Source: Tubiluchus corallicola
Taxonomy: Eukaryota > Animalia > Priapulida
DNA length: 64,000 bases
Direction: 5' to 3'
Assembly (NCBI GenBank): GCA_030141605.1
Contig: JAQGDQ010000003.1
Span: forward strand, 558,001 to 622,000
Under the pieces are notes generated by a model. It had not been told where the DNA came from, did no database searches, and worked only from the letters and a program-made list of their open reading frames with translations. How positions within the stretch are numbered: the first letter of the stretch is position 1; the number at the start of each line of letters is the position of its first letter. A program made the translations under genes and the position numbers. Shown piece after piece: positions 62,901-64,000 of this stretch.

Positions 62901-63948
62901 TTCTATTAAGACCAGTTTTCATTTTTTGCCGTGTGTCATTGTTTCTTATTAGCTGCTTAATCATGATCACGTTCTTAGAAACTCTCTAAGTATAGAAAAG
63001 TAACATCCAGATATGGGATTAAACATGGTCAGCTGTACAAAGTGCGGGGACTTACTAGAAACAATGTTGGTAGTTCCAGGTTTTCAATTAACGTGTACAA
63101 ATTATAAAAATGTACCATTGTAGGCTTTATATTTCTGTGGCAGAATGGAAAGCAATTAAAATGTCGGAAAACAACATTACTTATATTACTAAAAATGGTT
63201 TGCTTAAAAACACGAATTTATTTTTATTCCGGAAAAAATGAAAGTTCAAGTGAATCTTTTTTGAGCAGAAATATATTTTTGGATTTCTAAAAATTACTTA
63301 AGACTCATAACAGTAAACACTCATTATAACGAACTATGTTATAAGTAACTTTGGATATAACAGACTATTTTTGCTTGTCCGATCTATTGTGTGTTTGTTA
63401 CAGTGGAAAAGTCCATTAAAAATGAAACTATACATCACCAGGCTGCATGTGTCTGGGTGGGTGTCTCTCAGACTCTTCCCCCAATTAGAACGCGGGTTTG
63501 CTATAGCTGCAGTAAGTGATATAAAAAAAACAGGCAGTGATCAAATTTGCGTTGCATTATGCATATACAAAGAACCAAAAGTAGGTTAACTTACTCTCTA
63601 CCATGAAGTGGTGGGCCCGATTGGCAGAAATTGGTCCAATTGGCTTGAGGCCGGATTAAAGGCAGTCTAAGAAAATTTCATTGCACTAAAATCTTTGTAT
63701 CTGAAATCGAATGTTTCATTTCATGATTACTTTCACAGATTTTTAATGTACGCCTGCACCAATAAGAGTTTTGTACAAGATCTGCTGCGACTAATAAATA
63801 AACATACATATATGTTACAGGGAAATTTTGCATGGTGTTCCTGTGTTTGATGAGAAAGGCAATCGTTTAGGAGATTCAAGACATGCAGCATACAGGGCTA
63901 TTCCAATGGTGGTCATTTCTAGAATTGGTATGGCAAGCCCTGGCATGA
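59968..63948 (+). CDS. SFXN1: Sideroflexin (SFXN1/3-like mitochondrial carrier), 3'-partial
   Basis: Exons 59968-60137, 60970-61140, 61563-61661, 62167-62242, 62628-62713 and 63821-63948 join in phase. Motifs [47 protein letters not shown] and [17 protein letters not shown]. Family is secure; the paralogue number is not. Confidence 0.94.
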
Positions 63949-64000
63949 GTAAGTCACTATTGTTAGCTTTTGAGTTTTGACATGTTCTTAACTCAGAAGT

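Overview
AT-rich, intron-containing eukaryotic DNA, most consistent with an invertebrate animal. Six spliced protein-coding genes can be built from GT-AG exons. (1) An Amt-family ammonium transporter (+, 5' exon outside the window, 4100-11759). (2) CDC5L (-, 12634-23760, complete, 14 coding exons). (3) Ornithine carbamoyltransferase OTC (+, 27303-35012, complete). (4) A TASOR/TEX15-like gene (-): a spliced DUF3715 pseudo-PARP domain followed by a single 6-kb, mostly low-complexity terminal exon (37396-~49170). (5) TMEM128 (-, 51627-54244). (6) A sideroflexin (+, 59968 to beyond the window end). Introns and intergenic gaps hold a nearly intact APE-RT LINE (1-3314), CR1-like and RTE-like LINE remnants, hAT-type MITEs with 8-bp target-site duplications, and mini- and microsatellites. 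The most interesting object is the TASOR/TEX15-like protein, a candidate invertebrate transposon-silencing factor. Its giant exon carries LC8-type xQT/VQV motifs and DPR motifs but no recognisable SPOC/PIN domains. All family assignments come from motif recognition by eye; no database search was run.
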